From: a virus
Taxonomy: Duplodnaviria; Caudoviricetes
IMG/VR virus record: IMGVR_UViG_3300037067_004728
Span: 32,001-96,000 of that record
Reading direction: 5' to 3' (one strand)
DNA: 64,000 nt
The notes under the pieces: generated by a model
Databases searched by the model: none
What the model saw: the letters and a program-made list of their open reading frames with translations, nothing else
What the model was told of the DNA's origin: nothing
Translations under genes and position numbers: made by a program
Shown here: positions 51,446 through 62,044 of the stretch, piece after piece
Layout of the letters: each line of letters begins with the position of its first letter
Numbering within the stretch: the first letter of the stretch is position 1

Positions 51446-52726
51446 ATGCCGAGTTGTTGGGAATGTGGTGGCGATTTTGCTTTGTCCGAGTTGACGCAAC
51501 GCGGGCAAGCCCATTTTTGTCAACAATGCTACGCCACTTTATATTGCCGCTGTTCGGTATGTGGCCGGGAAGTTGAACATGATGAGGCAATTTTTAGTGC
51601 CACCGACCACCGGCCATACTGTCAGGCTTGCTATCAAGAGCGGTTAGTACACTGCCATAATTGCGGGCGCGAAACAAACAGAAACACTCGGCACACAATC
51701 GAGGACCATAGCTATTGTAGCTCATGCTTTGATCGGTTGTATACGCATTGTGCTAACTGCGATACCATTTTGCATCGGCATGATACGTGGTCCACCCCCG
51801 GTAACGATAGATACTGTCAACGCTGTTTTGACGAAAATTGCAGCGTATGTAGCCGTTGCGGTGAAACATTTTGGAATTGCGATATGCGCCGTACCGACCA
51901 CGGCGTATTTTGTGATGAATGTTATCGTGAAAATGATGAGTGGTCGGCGGGCGAATTCATTATTTCCGATCCGCATTATGATGTAATCGGATCGAAACGC
52001 CGCTATGGTGTCGAACTTGAAACTTCACGATGCAATGATTATCGGTCACTGCATGGCAATACAATATGGGAATGTAAAACAGATTGCTCGATTGAGGGGC
52101 GCGAGTTTGTTTCCCCAATTCTGTGCGGGGATGAGGGGTTAATGGAAATCACTGCATTTTGTACCATTGCTCGCCGAAAGCGTTGGCAAGTCAATAGATA
52201 CTGTGGTTATCATGCCCATTTCGATGTGGCCGATGAAAGCTGGGAAGCCTTGCGAAGTATCGCGTATGCGTACCGCAAAACGTATGACTTATGGTGTTGT
52301 CTAGTGTCAGAACAACGGGCAAACAACCCTTATGCTGGGTCGCCGGATTATATGCCAGAGGATGTACGGGCTATTCGCAATGCTTCCGATTGGGATTATT
52401 TTGTCGGTGCGCGTGACCGATTCGAGTTTGTCAACTGGCGGGCTTATCTGGTACACGGAAGTTTTGAGGTTCGATCCCATGATGCTACTCTTGACGCGAA
52501 TGTCATTTGTAACTGGATTAAACTTCATGCTCGCTTTATGGATCGTGTTAAGACAATGACTCTTGACGAAATTGACGACCAATTTAGTGGTAACATAGCA
52601 TCACAATTTGCAGCTTTGAGCGAATTTGTGGGTGAAGAATTATCTTTGGAATACGCTGTTATTGCCGAAGAATTTGGGCATACCCTCATACCGAGGGAGA
52701 TTGTGGCCCTTGCCCCGCCGTTTTAA
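51446..52726 (+). CDS. putative amidoligase (COOH-NH2 ligase) with 10 N-terminal CxxC motifs
   Basis: YGVELET, DCSI..EFVSPIL, CGYHAHFD, EVRSH, CNWIK. Confidence 0.82.
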   Translation: MPSCWECGGDFALSELTQRGQAHFCQQCYATLYCRCSVCGREVEHDEAIFSATDHRPYCQACYQERLVHCHNCGRETNRNTRHTIEDHSYCSSCFDRLYTHCANCDTILHRHDTWSTPGNDRYCQRCFDENCSVCSRCGETFWNCDMRRTDHGVFCDECYRENDEWSAGEFIISDPHYDVIGSKRRYGVELETSRCNDYRSLHGNTIWECKTDCSIEGREFVSPILCGDEGLMEITAFCTIARRKRWQVNRYCGYHAHFDVADESWEALRSIAYAYRKTYDLWCCLVSEQRANNPYAGSPDYMPEDVRAIRNASDWDYFVGARDRFEFVNWRAYLVHGSFEVRSHDATLDANVICNWIKLHARFMDRVKTMTLDEIDDQFSGNIASQFAALSEFVGEELSLEYAVIAEEFGHTLIPREIVALAPPF

Positions 52727-52856
52727 TTTTGACTTGACTTTTCCACGACCTGTGGTATAGTTAATAGAGTGAGGGGCGATAAAAAGCCGTCGCCTAGCAA
52801 AACTCACTAGGCTGTAGTAGCCCAACTGTCAGGCTTGTGAGAGTGAGGTATTTTGC

Positions 52857-53771
52857 ATGTGTGGTTTGTTTGGTGCGATTGGTTTGGGTTGGAATGAGGG
52901 CGTCATTAGGGCGCTGACGTGGGCGAACCAAGAGAGGGGTACAGATTCTCTTGGTTTCTTCGATTCGTCCGGCAAGATGATTAAGTGTGCTGAAACCCCC
53001 AGTGATGCGCTGTGTAAGGATAACATTTCGCGCTGGCTTGATGCGTCTTGCCGTGGGTCTGAAAAGCTGGGTCGGGCCGCGAGTTGGTTTATTGCCGGGC
53101 ATACTCGGCTTGCCACCCGTGGTAAGGTGAACCGTCAGAATTCGCACCCGTTCCGATACGGTCGAATTATCGGTTCCCACAATGGAATGATCGACGCCCC
53201 CAAGGGGTATGTGGTCGATTCGCAGCATTTGTTCGATGCGTTGCACAAGGCCAAGGGTGACTATAATTCGGCATGGGCCGATATTACGGGTTACTGGGCG
53301 GTAACGTGGTTTGACGATAATGCTTTCTATCTGCAAGTCCATAATGGCGACTTGACGGTGGCCCGTAAGGGAGAGGTATGGTACTACTCCTCGGCATGGT
53401 CTCACCTGGAAAGCTGCATCGGCACTGCCGATGAGGTTATCACGCTGAAAGAGGGCGAAACCCTGCGGTTTACTCTTGAAAATGGCGTGATTGTCAAGTC
53501 CGATGCTCCTAAGTTTGTGTCGGCTGCCCCGGATTACTGGGTTAAGAAATACGGTTGCAGCAATACCAACGATTGGGAGGATGAATACTACGGGTCGGGC
53601 CGTTCCTTCCGTCGTCACGGTAGCCGTGGCAAGGGTTCATGGTACGATCACCATGATTACACAAGCACGACTACCCCAACAAGCACGGGCACTGTCAAGG
53701 ATTATGATGCCGATTGGCGGGAAGCATGGGAAGCCTACTCTACGGAGAGTGAACACGCCAAGGTTGACTAA
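52857..53771 (+). CDS. class II (Ntn) glutamine amidotransferase
   Basis: MCGLFG N-terminal Cys, RG.DS.G, GHTRLAT, NSHPF, HNG, DS. Confidence 0.9.
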   Translation: MCGLFGAIGLGWNEGVIRALTWANQERGTDSLGFFDSSGKMIKCAETPSDALCKDNISRWLDASCRGSEKLGRAASWFIAGHTRLATRGKVNRQNSHPFRYGRIIGSHNGMIDAPKGYVVDSQHLFDALHKAKGDYNSAWADITGYWAVTWFDDNAFYLQVHNGDLTVARKGEVWYYSSAWSHLESCIGTADEVITLKEGETLRFTLENGVIVKSDAPKFVSAAPDYWVKKYGCSNTNDWEDEYYGSGRSFRRHGSRGKGSWYDHHDYTSTTTPTSTGTVKDYDADWREAWEAYSTESEHAKVD

Positions 53772-53788
53772 TGGTTGTCGGTTTCTAC

Positions 53789-53825
53789 GGGCGGTAACAT
53801 AAAAACTTGCCGCCCATTTTTATTT
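53789..53825 (+). terminator. intrinsic terminator
   Basis: GGGCGGTAA/TTGCCGCCC plus T-run. Confidence 0.7.
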
Positions 53826-53881
53826 GACTTCCCCTTTTTTTGATGATATAGTTAAGTTGTTCACTTAACCATGAGGTACTA

Positions 53882-54937
53882 ATGCCAGCATCAAGTTTAC
53901 CCTTACCCGATCTAGCGGATACCCCCACACAGTCACGATACCAATGTCGGTTATGTGGCCGTCGATTCACGGAGAATCCGTGCCGTGGCCCAGAGAATAT
54001 GTGTCTGTGCCAAAATTGCTACGACCGTGAATGTTTCGTTTGCACTGTTTGCGGACGAATCGAATTTAGCAACGGTCGCCGACAACTGGCGCTAGAACCC
54101 AATGGCCCGCCCGTCGCTATTTGCCGCAACTGTGAGCATGAATATCGAACGTGGAATCATGCGGAATTTGTAGTTGAAGATGCAAGCTACAAAAAGATTC
54201 GCAGTACCCGCAAGTTTGGTATCGAGTTGGAAACATCGGATTGCCCCAATTATCGCAGTCTAAAAGGGGCAACGCCTTTTGGCGCGAAAGTTGATTGCTC
54301 GATTCATGGTATGGAATTCACTTCTCCGATTTTGTATGGCGATGAGGGTCTTGCCGCTGTTGAAGAATTTTGCAATCACGCTGATCGTCTCGATTTTGAC
54401 GTGGATAGCGATTGCGGGTATCACCTGCATATTGATATGCGGGGTGAATCGGTTGACGCCTTGAAGTCGGTTGCGTATGCGTACACGAAAGCAGACTCGG
54501 TATGGCGTTTGCTTGTCGATTCATTCCGAGCGAATGATTGCGGTTACTGCCGCCGCCCGGAATTTGGTCGGAGTGAAATTTCGCGGGTATGGGATGAGTA
54601 CAGCATGGAGAGATTTTGCGACCGGCAGAATCGCTACACTCTATGCAATCTTAATGCCTACACTAAGTTTGGCAGTTATGAGATTAGGTTGCATCAGGGA
54701 AGTTTAGATGCCCGTGTCATTTGCAACTGGATTAAGGCCCATTTGCGGTTTGTCGATTGGGCGAAAGATAAGACATTCGACGAAATTGACGACGCCTTTC
54801 GTGGATCGGATTTAGCCCGCTGGGAATCACTGAAAGCCATTTTTGGCGATATTGACCTTAACCGCTACTATGGCCGTGTACGTCGTGGCCGGTTGAACGA
54901 AAGCACCGAACGTGAACGGGCCGAAGTTGCTGTATAG
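53882..54937 (+). CDS. putative amidoligase with 4 N-terminal CxxC motifs
   Basis: FGIELET, DCSI..EFTSPIL, CGYHLHID, EIRLHQGSLD, CNWIK. Confidence 0.82.
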   Translation: MPASSLPLPDLADTPTQSRYQCRLCGRRFTENPCRGPENMCLCQNCYDRECFVCTVCGRIEFSNGRRQLALEPNGPPVAICRNCEHEYRTWNHAEFVVEDASYKKIRSTRKFGIELETSDCPNYRSLKGATPFGAKVDCSIHGMEFTSPILYGDEGLAAVEEFCNHADRLDFDVDSDCGYHLHIDMRGESVDALKSVAYAYTKADSVWRLLVDSFRANDCGYCRRPEFGRSEISRVWDEYSMERFCDRQNRYTLCNLNAYTKFGSYEIRLHQGSLDARVICNWIKAHLRFVDWAKDKTFDEIDDAFRGSDLARWESLKAIFGDIDLNRYYGRVRRGRLNESTERERAEVAV

Positions 54938-54976
54938 CGATAGGCCCTGTTTTACAACCCCTCACTCATAGGGGAG

Positions 54977-55006
54977 AACCCGACCTAATAAGTCGGGTTT
55001 CTTTTT
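54977..55006 (+). terminator. intrinsic terminator
   Basis: AACCCGAC/GTCGGGTT plus T-run. Confidence 0.75.
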
Positions 55007-55925
55007 AATCGGTTGGTCCATTTGTCGGGGTCATATTTCCAGACGTGCGCTTCTATGACCCCGATCATTGGAATCTTTAGAAAATTACCACCTATACTTG
55101 ACAAGCTAAAAGACTATGATATAGTTTTAATATGTCACTCAAAAATGGTGGTTTTAAGTTGAGACACATGCGTTGGCTGCCTAAGCCACATTGGATCGGA
55201 GTCAATATGTCGCCTCTGGGCGAGTTAGCGTTTTGTATCTTCTGGGGTATCATCGGCCTTATCTGTTTATGGATAGCTCATTCGTAAAGACATGGGTTTT
55301 TCAACTGATGGCTACGGGTTGTGACTATCTTACTGGTAGTCATAATCGCACCGTGTATAGCATAACAGTTTTTGCTACCCGTGAATTGGCCGAGAGCCGA
55401 ATCGAAAGTTTCAAGTCTGCCTGTCTAAATCGACTATTGGAAGCCCCTATTAAAGTGGTAGTTATGCCACTAGAAGTGATTAGCGAATAATTCACTTGAC
55501 TTTCTCGAAAAAGATGATAGGGTAGTAGTATGACACACCTGACTGAATTACCGCCGATCAAACTACCACAACTTGTATCAGCACCGTTCTTTATGCTGGT
55601 ACAAGAGGGTGAGATTCTGGATTGTTGCCAAAATCCAAACGCCCTTATGTGGTCCCTCTTGAATGACGATACTGATTTTTCGGTGGCCGTGGGTGTAATC
55701 AATGAGGATGGCAAGCGGGAAATCGTTGGTACTTGCGCTGAGTTTAAGACTAGGCCCAACAGCACTATTGCCTATCTTACATCGGATATGGACGGCTACC
55801 GTCGGCTGGTAAGCAAAGGTGACGCCGCCGACTGCATCCGTAATCGAGTCTGTACGTTGTATGGAAAAGGCCATTTGTCCGATCCATGCAATTTTTCCAA
55901 GGTCGAAATGATTGAGGGTTAATCC

Positions 55926-56861
55926 ATGCCACGTTGTCACACCTGTAATGCTCTAGTCCCAACCGATCAAATGCACCGTACTCCCTACGGGGAGAATGTT
56001 TGCTGGCAATGTTTTGATCGAGACTTCATACATTGCAATGAATGTGGTCGCCCGGCATGGCGCGGCGATTGTCCTAACGATGACTTGTGCTATGAATGTT
56101 GGGACCGGGTACGATTTTGGAATTCGGAGGAAGTGAGCCACCTTACCACGATTAAAAAGACTGGCAGTGGCCGTTGTTTTGGTATCGAGTTGGAAACTTC
56201 GCAGTGTGACAACTACCCCAAAATGCGGGGTGAAACCTGTTTTGGGGTGAAAGAGGATGGATCGGTTGACGGCATGGAATTTTACTCCCCGATTTTGTGC
56301 GGAGATAAGGGCCTTGCAGAAATCCGAAAATTTTGCCGGTTGGCAAAGCGGCATGACTTCGAGGTTGATGATACTTGCGGGTATCACCTGCATCTTGATA
56401 TGCGGGATACTACCATTGTTCAACGCAAACGAATCGCGTATGCGTATCGCCTGACATTTAGCTTGTGGCAGCATTTGGTACGGGAGGACCGATGGCACAA
56501 TACGTTTTGCGAAGGCCCTAATTACAGCCCGCAAGAGCTACGGGATACCCATAATTTTACTACGTTCGAGCGCCGGCAATGCCGCTATCAGTTTGTCAAC
56601 CTGCGGGCATTTTGTGACCATAGCACGTATGAACTGCGTGGCTTTCAGGGGACACTTGACTACCGCGAAATTTGCAACTGGATTAAAGCCCATTTGCGTT
56701 TTGTCGAATTCGTAAAAGACACGCCGATGGCTGAACTTGATGCCATGTTTGGGCAGGGATTACGTAAAGCCAAACGGAGTTTGCGTAAGGTACTTGGCAC
56801 TTCACTAAGCAACTACTATGCAAAACTCTGGCGTAAACATGCCCATAGGGTGGCCGTATGA
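55926..56861 (+). CDS. putative amidoligase with 4 N-terminal CxxC motifs
   Basis: FGIELET, EDGSV..EFYSPIL, CGYHLHLD, ELRGFQGTLD, CNWIK. Confidence 0.82.
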   Translation: MPRCHTCNALVPTDQMHRTPYGENVCWQCFDRDFIHCNECGRPAWRGDCPNDDLCYECWDRVRFWNSEEVSHLTTIKKTGSGRCFGIELETSQCDNYPKMRGETCFGVKEDGSVDGMEFYSPILCGDKGLAEIRKFCRLAKRHDFEVDDTCGYHLHLDMRDTTIVQRKRIAYAYRLTFSLWQHLVREDRWHNTFCEGPNYSPQELRDTHNFTTFERRQCRYQFVNLRAFCDHSTYELRGFQGTLDYREICNWIKAHLRFVEFVKDTPMAELDAMFGQGLRKAKRSLRKVLGTSLSNYYAKLWRKHAHRVAV

Positions 56862-58645
56862 ACTTGAACCCGTTACGCTATCAGTTAATGACCCAGGTTG
56901 AAAGCCTGATTCGTGGGACTGAAACCCTATTAGCCGATCCTCAGATTCAGAGCCGGATACTGGTTGCTGTTGTAGCGCGTGACTGTCTCATACGCCAATT
57001 ATTTTGGGGTGAGCAATTACTGGCGACATTGCGGGATGAGGGAAACTATTATCATGCCCGCGATGAGTTTAACATTGCAAGCCGGGCGAGTGAGAAAGCC
57101 CTAAACATACTCCATGATTTTCATAACCCAAGGTGTTCATAATGTTTTCAGTTAGACAAAAACGCGAAATCGCCGACGCCGTGCAACGTATTCTAAGGGA
57201 TACTAACCACCCCGAATTGCCCGCCGGTGAGATTCAATTCAAGCTGCATGTTGATGGTGCCCGACCAGGAAGTAGTTGGGCGGATATACAGAATAACGGG
57301 GCTGTACCGAATCCAACGGTTAATCCGCATAATGAGCGGCAGGATTCACTTGACAAACCAACAAAATAAGGTAGAATAGATTATATGAAATACGCCATTC
57401 GATTAAGTCACCTACCGCCCGTCGTTATCTACGCCACCCTCAAGCGCTCGGCTGAGGATGTTGTAGCGGCCTTGTGTGAGGAAGCTACCGAAGCGAAGCA
57501 ATGCGGCATGGGTATTTGTGGTTATGTCAACAAGGTTCTACGCTGGTTGTCTGACGATCTTCTGTGCGAATCGTGCCAACTGGTTGAAGATGATACCCGA
57601 CTTGTCTTTACCGATACGCGGGATGCTGATTATCTTATCACTAAGACGGATAAGGGCTTTGACGTGGTGCGCCTAACCGATTCGTATGATCGGGAGCTAT
57701 TGGGCCGATAAGCATGATATTCAACGAATGGTGGACGCGATACGGTAGTGCTTGTGTTGGCATGGAAACTATGCAAGAGGTAGCCCGCCTAGCTTATGAG
57801 GAGGGGGTTAAGGCTGGGTATGATACCGGATATGATGAGGGTTATTCTAACGGCTATGATACCGGCAGCAATGACGAAAGAGAGGTTCATTTCGGATGAC
57901 ATTCGATCAGTGGTGGGAAGAAAATAAAGAGGATTGCACATACTCCGAACTGCCAACCGACGTGATAAAGTTGATTGCGATGGCTGCGTATGATGCCGGG
58001 TGGGAGGAAGGGTGGGACAAAGGCTGTATTGTCCCGTCAATACAATGAGATACGCAATACAAACCCCCATTGCTGTTTTCTGTTGCCGATTGTTTTTGCC
58101 AAAACAATTAGTGATAGACCGATTGCATACACGTAATACGTCATGCGCGGGGGTCTACACTAGAACACGTTGGATACACGAAAAGTTACTTGCGATGAAT
58201 CCATCGTTGGCTATCTTGGACCATTTCAACCAGGATGATGATAGACTTCCTAGCAATCAAACCCCGGAAGAATGGTGCGAAGTACGAATCTTTGCCTATG
58301 ATTTAGGATTCTGAAAATGAAGTATGCCGTAATTATGAGGGACGTGATTTTCTGTTGTGAATTGCACGATACCCCTACCGATGTTCTTAACGCCTTGAAT
58401 GAATGGGATAACCATGATCTTGGCCCCTTTCAGCGTAAGAGTCTAGCCCGCGATTGCTTGGAAGATTTGGAATTGAACCAGTGGCATAGCGGCGATGTTC
58501 ATGTTATCGAGGATAGCTTGCCGCTGATGGACAACCAGCCGGTCAACCATTGGGCGAATCATGTAATCTTGTGGGATGCCACTAGCGGCTTTTATTTTGA
58601 GCGCTGTTTATCGGGCGATTGCGGCAACTGTAACTGTGGTGGGAA

Positions 58646-59218
58646 ATGCTAACCAGTTTGCAATTTACTGAGAAGTGGCGTTGCTTTGCAGAGGGCGATA
58701 CTATTAAGTTTCGCCCCGGCGTTAATCTACTGGTTGGCGATCAAGGCAGTGGTAAGAGTAGCGTACTACAGGCTATTGCAGCTAGTGCTAAGGCAAAGAA
58801 ATACACGTATCAAGTTGACCTTGGCAAAAAGGTCAAGGTGGTGGCTGATAAGATGCCTGCGGGCGGCTTTGATTTTGAGAAGGATAACCGCCGTACACGT
58901 CCCTACTTTGACCATGATAATTTTCAAGCACACATAGCAATGATGTGGTCAAGCCACGGGCAATCAAACCTTGCAATCTTGCGTAGTATGGCAAAGATGC
59001 AAGGTACTTTGATATTCCTTGATGAGCCGGATATGGCCCTTAGCATACGGTCGGTCTACAAATTGATCGACCTGTTAAATGCGGCTGCTATTCGTAAATG
59101 TCAAATTGTTGCCGCCGTTCATAACCCGATTTTAATTCAGGCATACCCCGAAGTTTACTCATTAGAAAAACGAAAGTGGGTATACAGTGACGAATTCATT
59201 TTGAGTCAAACACCATGA
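58646..59218 (+). CDS. ABC/AAA_21-type ATPase
   Basis: GDQGSGKS Walker A, SHGQ signature, FLDEPD Walker B, H-loop. Confidence 0.82.
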   Translation: MLTSLQFTEKWRCFAEGDTIKFRPGVNLLVGDQGSGKSSVLQAIAASAKAKKYTYQVDLGKKVKVVADKMPAGGFDFEKDNRRTRPYFDHDNFQAHIAMMWSSHGQSNLAILRSMAKMQGTLIFLDEPDMALSIRSVYKLIDLLNAAAIRKCQIVAAVHNPILIQAYPEVYSLEKRKWVYSDEFILSQTP

Positions 59219-60554
59219 TTCAGTGGTACGTTATAGTACGAAAAGATAATGGCTATCCGCTACAAATTTATGCGGATAAGGAACTAGCAGAACAGATTGC
59301 CCGTGCGAATGGCGAGAAAGTTGTACCCGTAACCCCGGTGACAAAATGACTTGGTATGAAGCGATTAGCGAGTTGTGCTTGCAAGTTGATAGTGAAGAAA
59401 CTATCAAAGATATTCTAGCGACGGCGGTTGATGAGTGTATGATTACGTCGCATGATGCCGATAGCATTGCTAAAATGGTTCATGTAGTGAGGCCAGTATG
59501 AAAAACGAACAATTTGAGGAATGGTGGGCGACAATGGAACCCGGTTTTCGGGACGTGCAACCCGTGCTGATGTTGGCTTTCAAGGAAATTGCCGAGAAGG
59601 CATGGGATAATGGTTTCGATTGTGGATGGGATGCTTGTGGCGATACACTTTACTGGGGAACCGATGGATAAGGAATTCGAGAAGTGGTGGGCTGCGGTCG
59701 AGCAATCGGCCCCGTGGATGCGCCTGCGCGGCTTGGACTATGCAATCAAGGCGATTGCATGGTCAGCGTGGAAAGCTAGTCGAGGTCTAATATGATTTAT
59801 GCTTTGGTAAGCGGCGGCAAGTTTCTACACGGCCTCTATACTGATCCTCGAAAAGCTGCGGCATTGATTGCCCGGCAAGATAAGTATGGCGATTGGGATG
59901 CCATTACCGCTTTGCTGGCGGCTGGGGAAGCGTATGCTTGTTGGACACTGATACCCTTGTCGCTTGACTGTGAATTCAAGGGGGACATACGGCTATGAAA
60001 GTACAATTTTTCTGTGATAGCGGGGCTAACATTCATTCCTGCCATAAGTCTGGTATCTTGGATACTGTCAAAGATTTGGGGCTTGATGATGATGAGTGGG
60101 AAGCACTCTCGGATAATGAAAAGTATAAGTTAGCTGAGGAATGGGCTAACAACTACCTGGAAATCTACTTCGAGGAATCCTAATGCACATCATCGGATTC
60201 GTACCGCCTGAATGGCTTGATGCCATTGTCGAGTCAATGAACGCGGAATTTCCAGGGTGGTGTTTTTCAGGTGTAGACTTGGATACCATTGTAGCTGAGT
60301 ATTTGCCCCATGATGCAATCATGCCCTTGATTGAAGCCTACCTTGACGGTGTAAATGATGCGTGGGAACTATGATGGAATATAAACACTGGCGAATTATG
60401 ATCGGGCAACGCAAGGATGGTTGGTATTACCTTGTGGAGATATTGCCCAACAAAACATTCAAGGCCACTTATGGCCCGTTTGCCGGGCCAGAAAGTGCGG
60501 AGTATGACGCTAAGCAAGTGATTGATGTACTCGAAAAATACTTGGAGTGGTAGC

Positions 60555-60690
60555 GCTTTAAGACGTGCCGGATTCATGGCCGGAAGGGTGCAAGTCCCAA
60601 TAAGGTCTAGTAGACCAACCGGGTGCAAGGCCCGGCTATCATTCTAAAGCCCGCTATACCGGATGGCCGGTCACTGGCGGGTTTCCTTTT
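60555..60690 (+). ncRNA. candidate small RNA with two UGCAAG-loop hairpins, ending in a terminator
   Basis: GGG-TGCAAGT-CCC, GGTCTA/TAGACC, CCGGG-TGCAAGG-CCCGG; terminator hairpin 60648-60690. Confidence 0.4.
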
Positions 60691-61048
60691 ACCCAGGGGG
60701 TCTAATTGTCGGGGTCGATTTTTGTTGAAAATAAACCCCAGAAATTTTAAGGCCCTATACGGCAGATTATCGGGGTCATATTCGATGTCCAATTCGGACG
60801 TACAATTATCGGGGTCATGGATTAACTTATATTTTAGTTATATTTCTTGGACCCCGCTATTCCGAATTATCCGACGCTCTAACCCAGAAATTAAAAAGGT
60901 TAATTGCTGATAAACTGTGACCCCGATAGTCGCCTGTATGTTGCTGGCGTCACTAAGGGTTTATCCGATTCTAGCCGCACGGCAAGAATCCCTCACAGAT
61001 TTTTACCGCTGGCCTTGACTTTGTTGCAAAACGTGGTATAGTTAAGAT

Positions 61049-61330
61049 GTTGAGGGAAATTGTGCTACCGAAAACTTATAGGAGATACAGCCAACCGACT
61101 TTCAATTCCGTAACCGCTTAAAAGCTACTGCCCGCCTTGATACTGTAAGTATCTCTATGTCGGGATTCCCGGTACTCGCGGTAGAATAGCCGTATCATCG
61201 GCACTATAAGTCTTGGCAACGCAACCTCTTGCGGTAATCCTTGTTTCGGCCTCAATGCTTGTAGCTGGTTGTTGTTCCTCCCTTGCACACGGGCGGGTAG
61301 GTGTGTGGCCTATCCCGCCCATTCTTTTTG
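61049..61330 (+). ncRNA. candidate ~280-nt structured RNA bounded by promoter and terminator
   Basis: promoter 61015-61042; CCGAAA/TTTCGG, ACTTATAG/CTATAAGT, GAGATAC/GTATCTC pairings; terminator 61291-61329; no ORF of 60 aa or more. Confidence 0.5.
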
Positions 61331-61738
61331 TCCGATTAAGTCGATTGTCGGGGTCATGGATAACATAAAAATTTTTATGTTGCGCTTTTTTCGGCTCGCT
61401 AACCCCAGGTAAAATAAGAACTTACGACTTTTTGGATTCCAGCTTGGTGGAAATTTGAGGGTCGCAATGTAGGGGAAACCGGCACCCCTTGACCGTTATA
61501 ATTGATATAATCGGCCAAGTAGCGGTACAATCGTTAAGATCGTTAAAACCGTTAGAACCGATAAGATTATTATAAACGATCTAATCGGAAACCCCACTGG
61601 GATCGGCACAAGAGTTGTGACCGATACAACCGGCAGAATTGCAACGTATTGACGTTGCAATCGGTAGAATCGCTACAATCGGTAGCATTTGACGGTCTAA
61701 CCGTCAAAATCGCACCATTCGCTATCCTAACACTATCT

Positions 61739-61766
61739 ATTATACCACGCCGTTGTGGTTTGTCAA
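61739..61766 (-). promoter_or_regulatory. leftward promoter over non-coding DNA
   Basis: TTGACA-N16-TATAAT on the minus strand. Confidence 0.7.
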
Positions 61767-62044
61767 CTACAATCCAGATAAACGGCCTTTTCTGGTTGGC
61801 GGGGTGATGCCAAGATTGTCGATTGTCGGGGTCATGGCATTTTACGCGCCTGCGCGTAATATAGTATAATGTCAAAATCTGCGCCGGAATAATTGTAAAA
61901 TGTGATAGATCGAAAAAATCTGTTGCAATCTGAAAAAATCTTTGCAGGTTTCCGAACTATCGGCCAATTTTGCTTGACACCCGCCGACGGCATGGTAAGA
62001 TACAATGTAAGTCTGATTTTCCCTATCTAACGGAGGGCTAGGCA

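Noticed and set aside
61049-61290. RNase P RNA or group I intron
   Set aside because: The GAGGAAAGTCC and other core motifs were not found, and there is no interrupted host gene.
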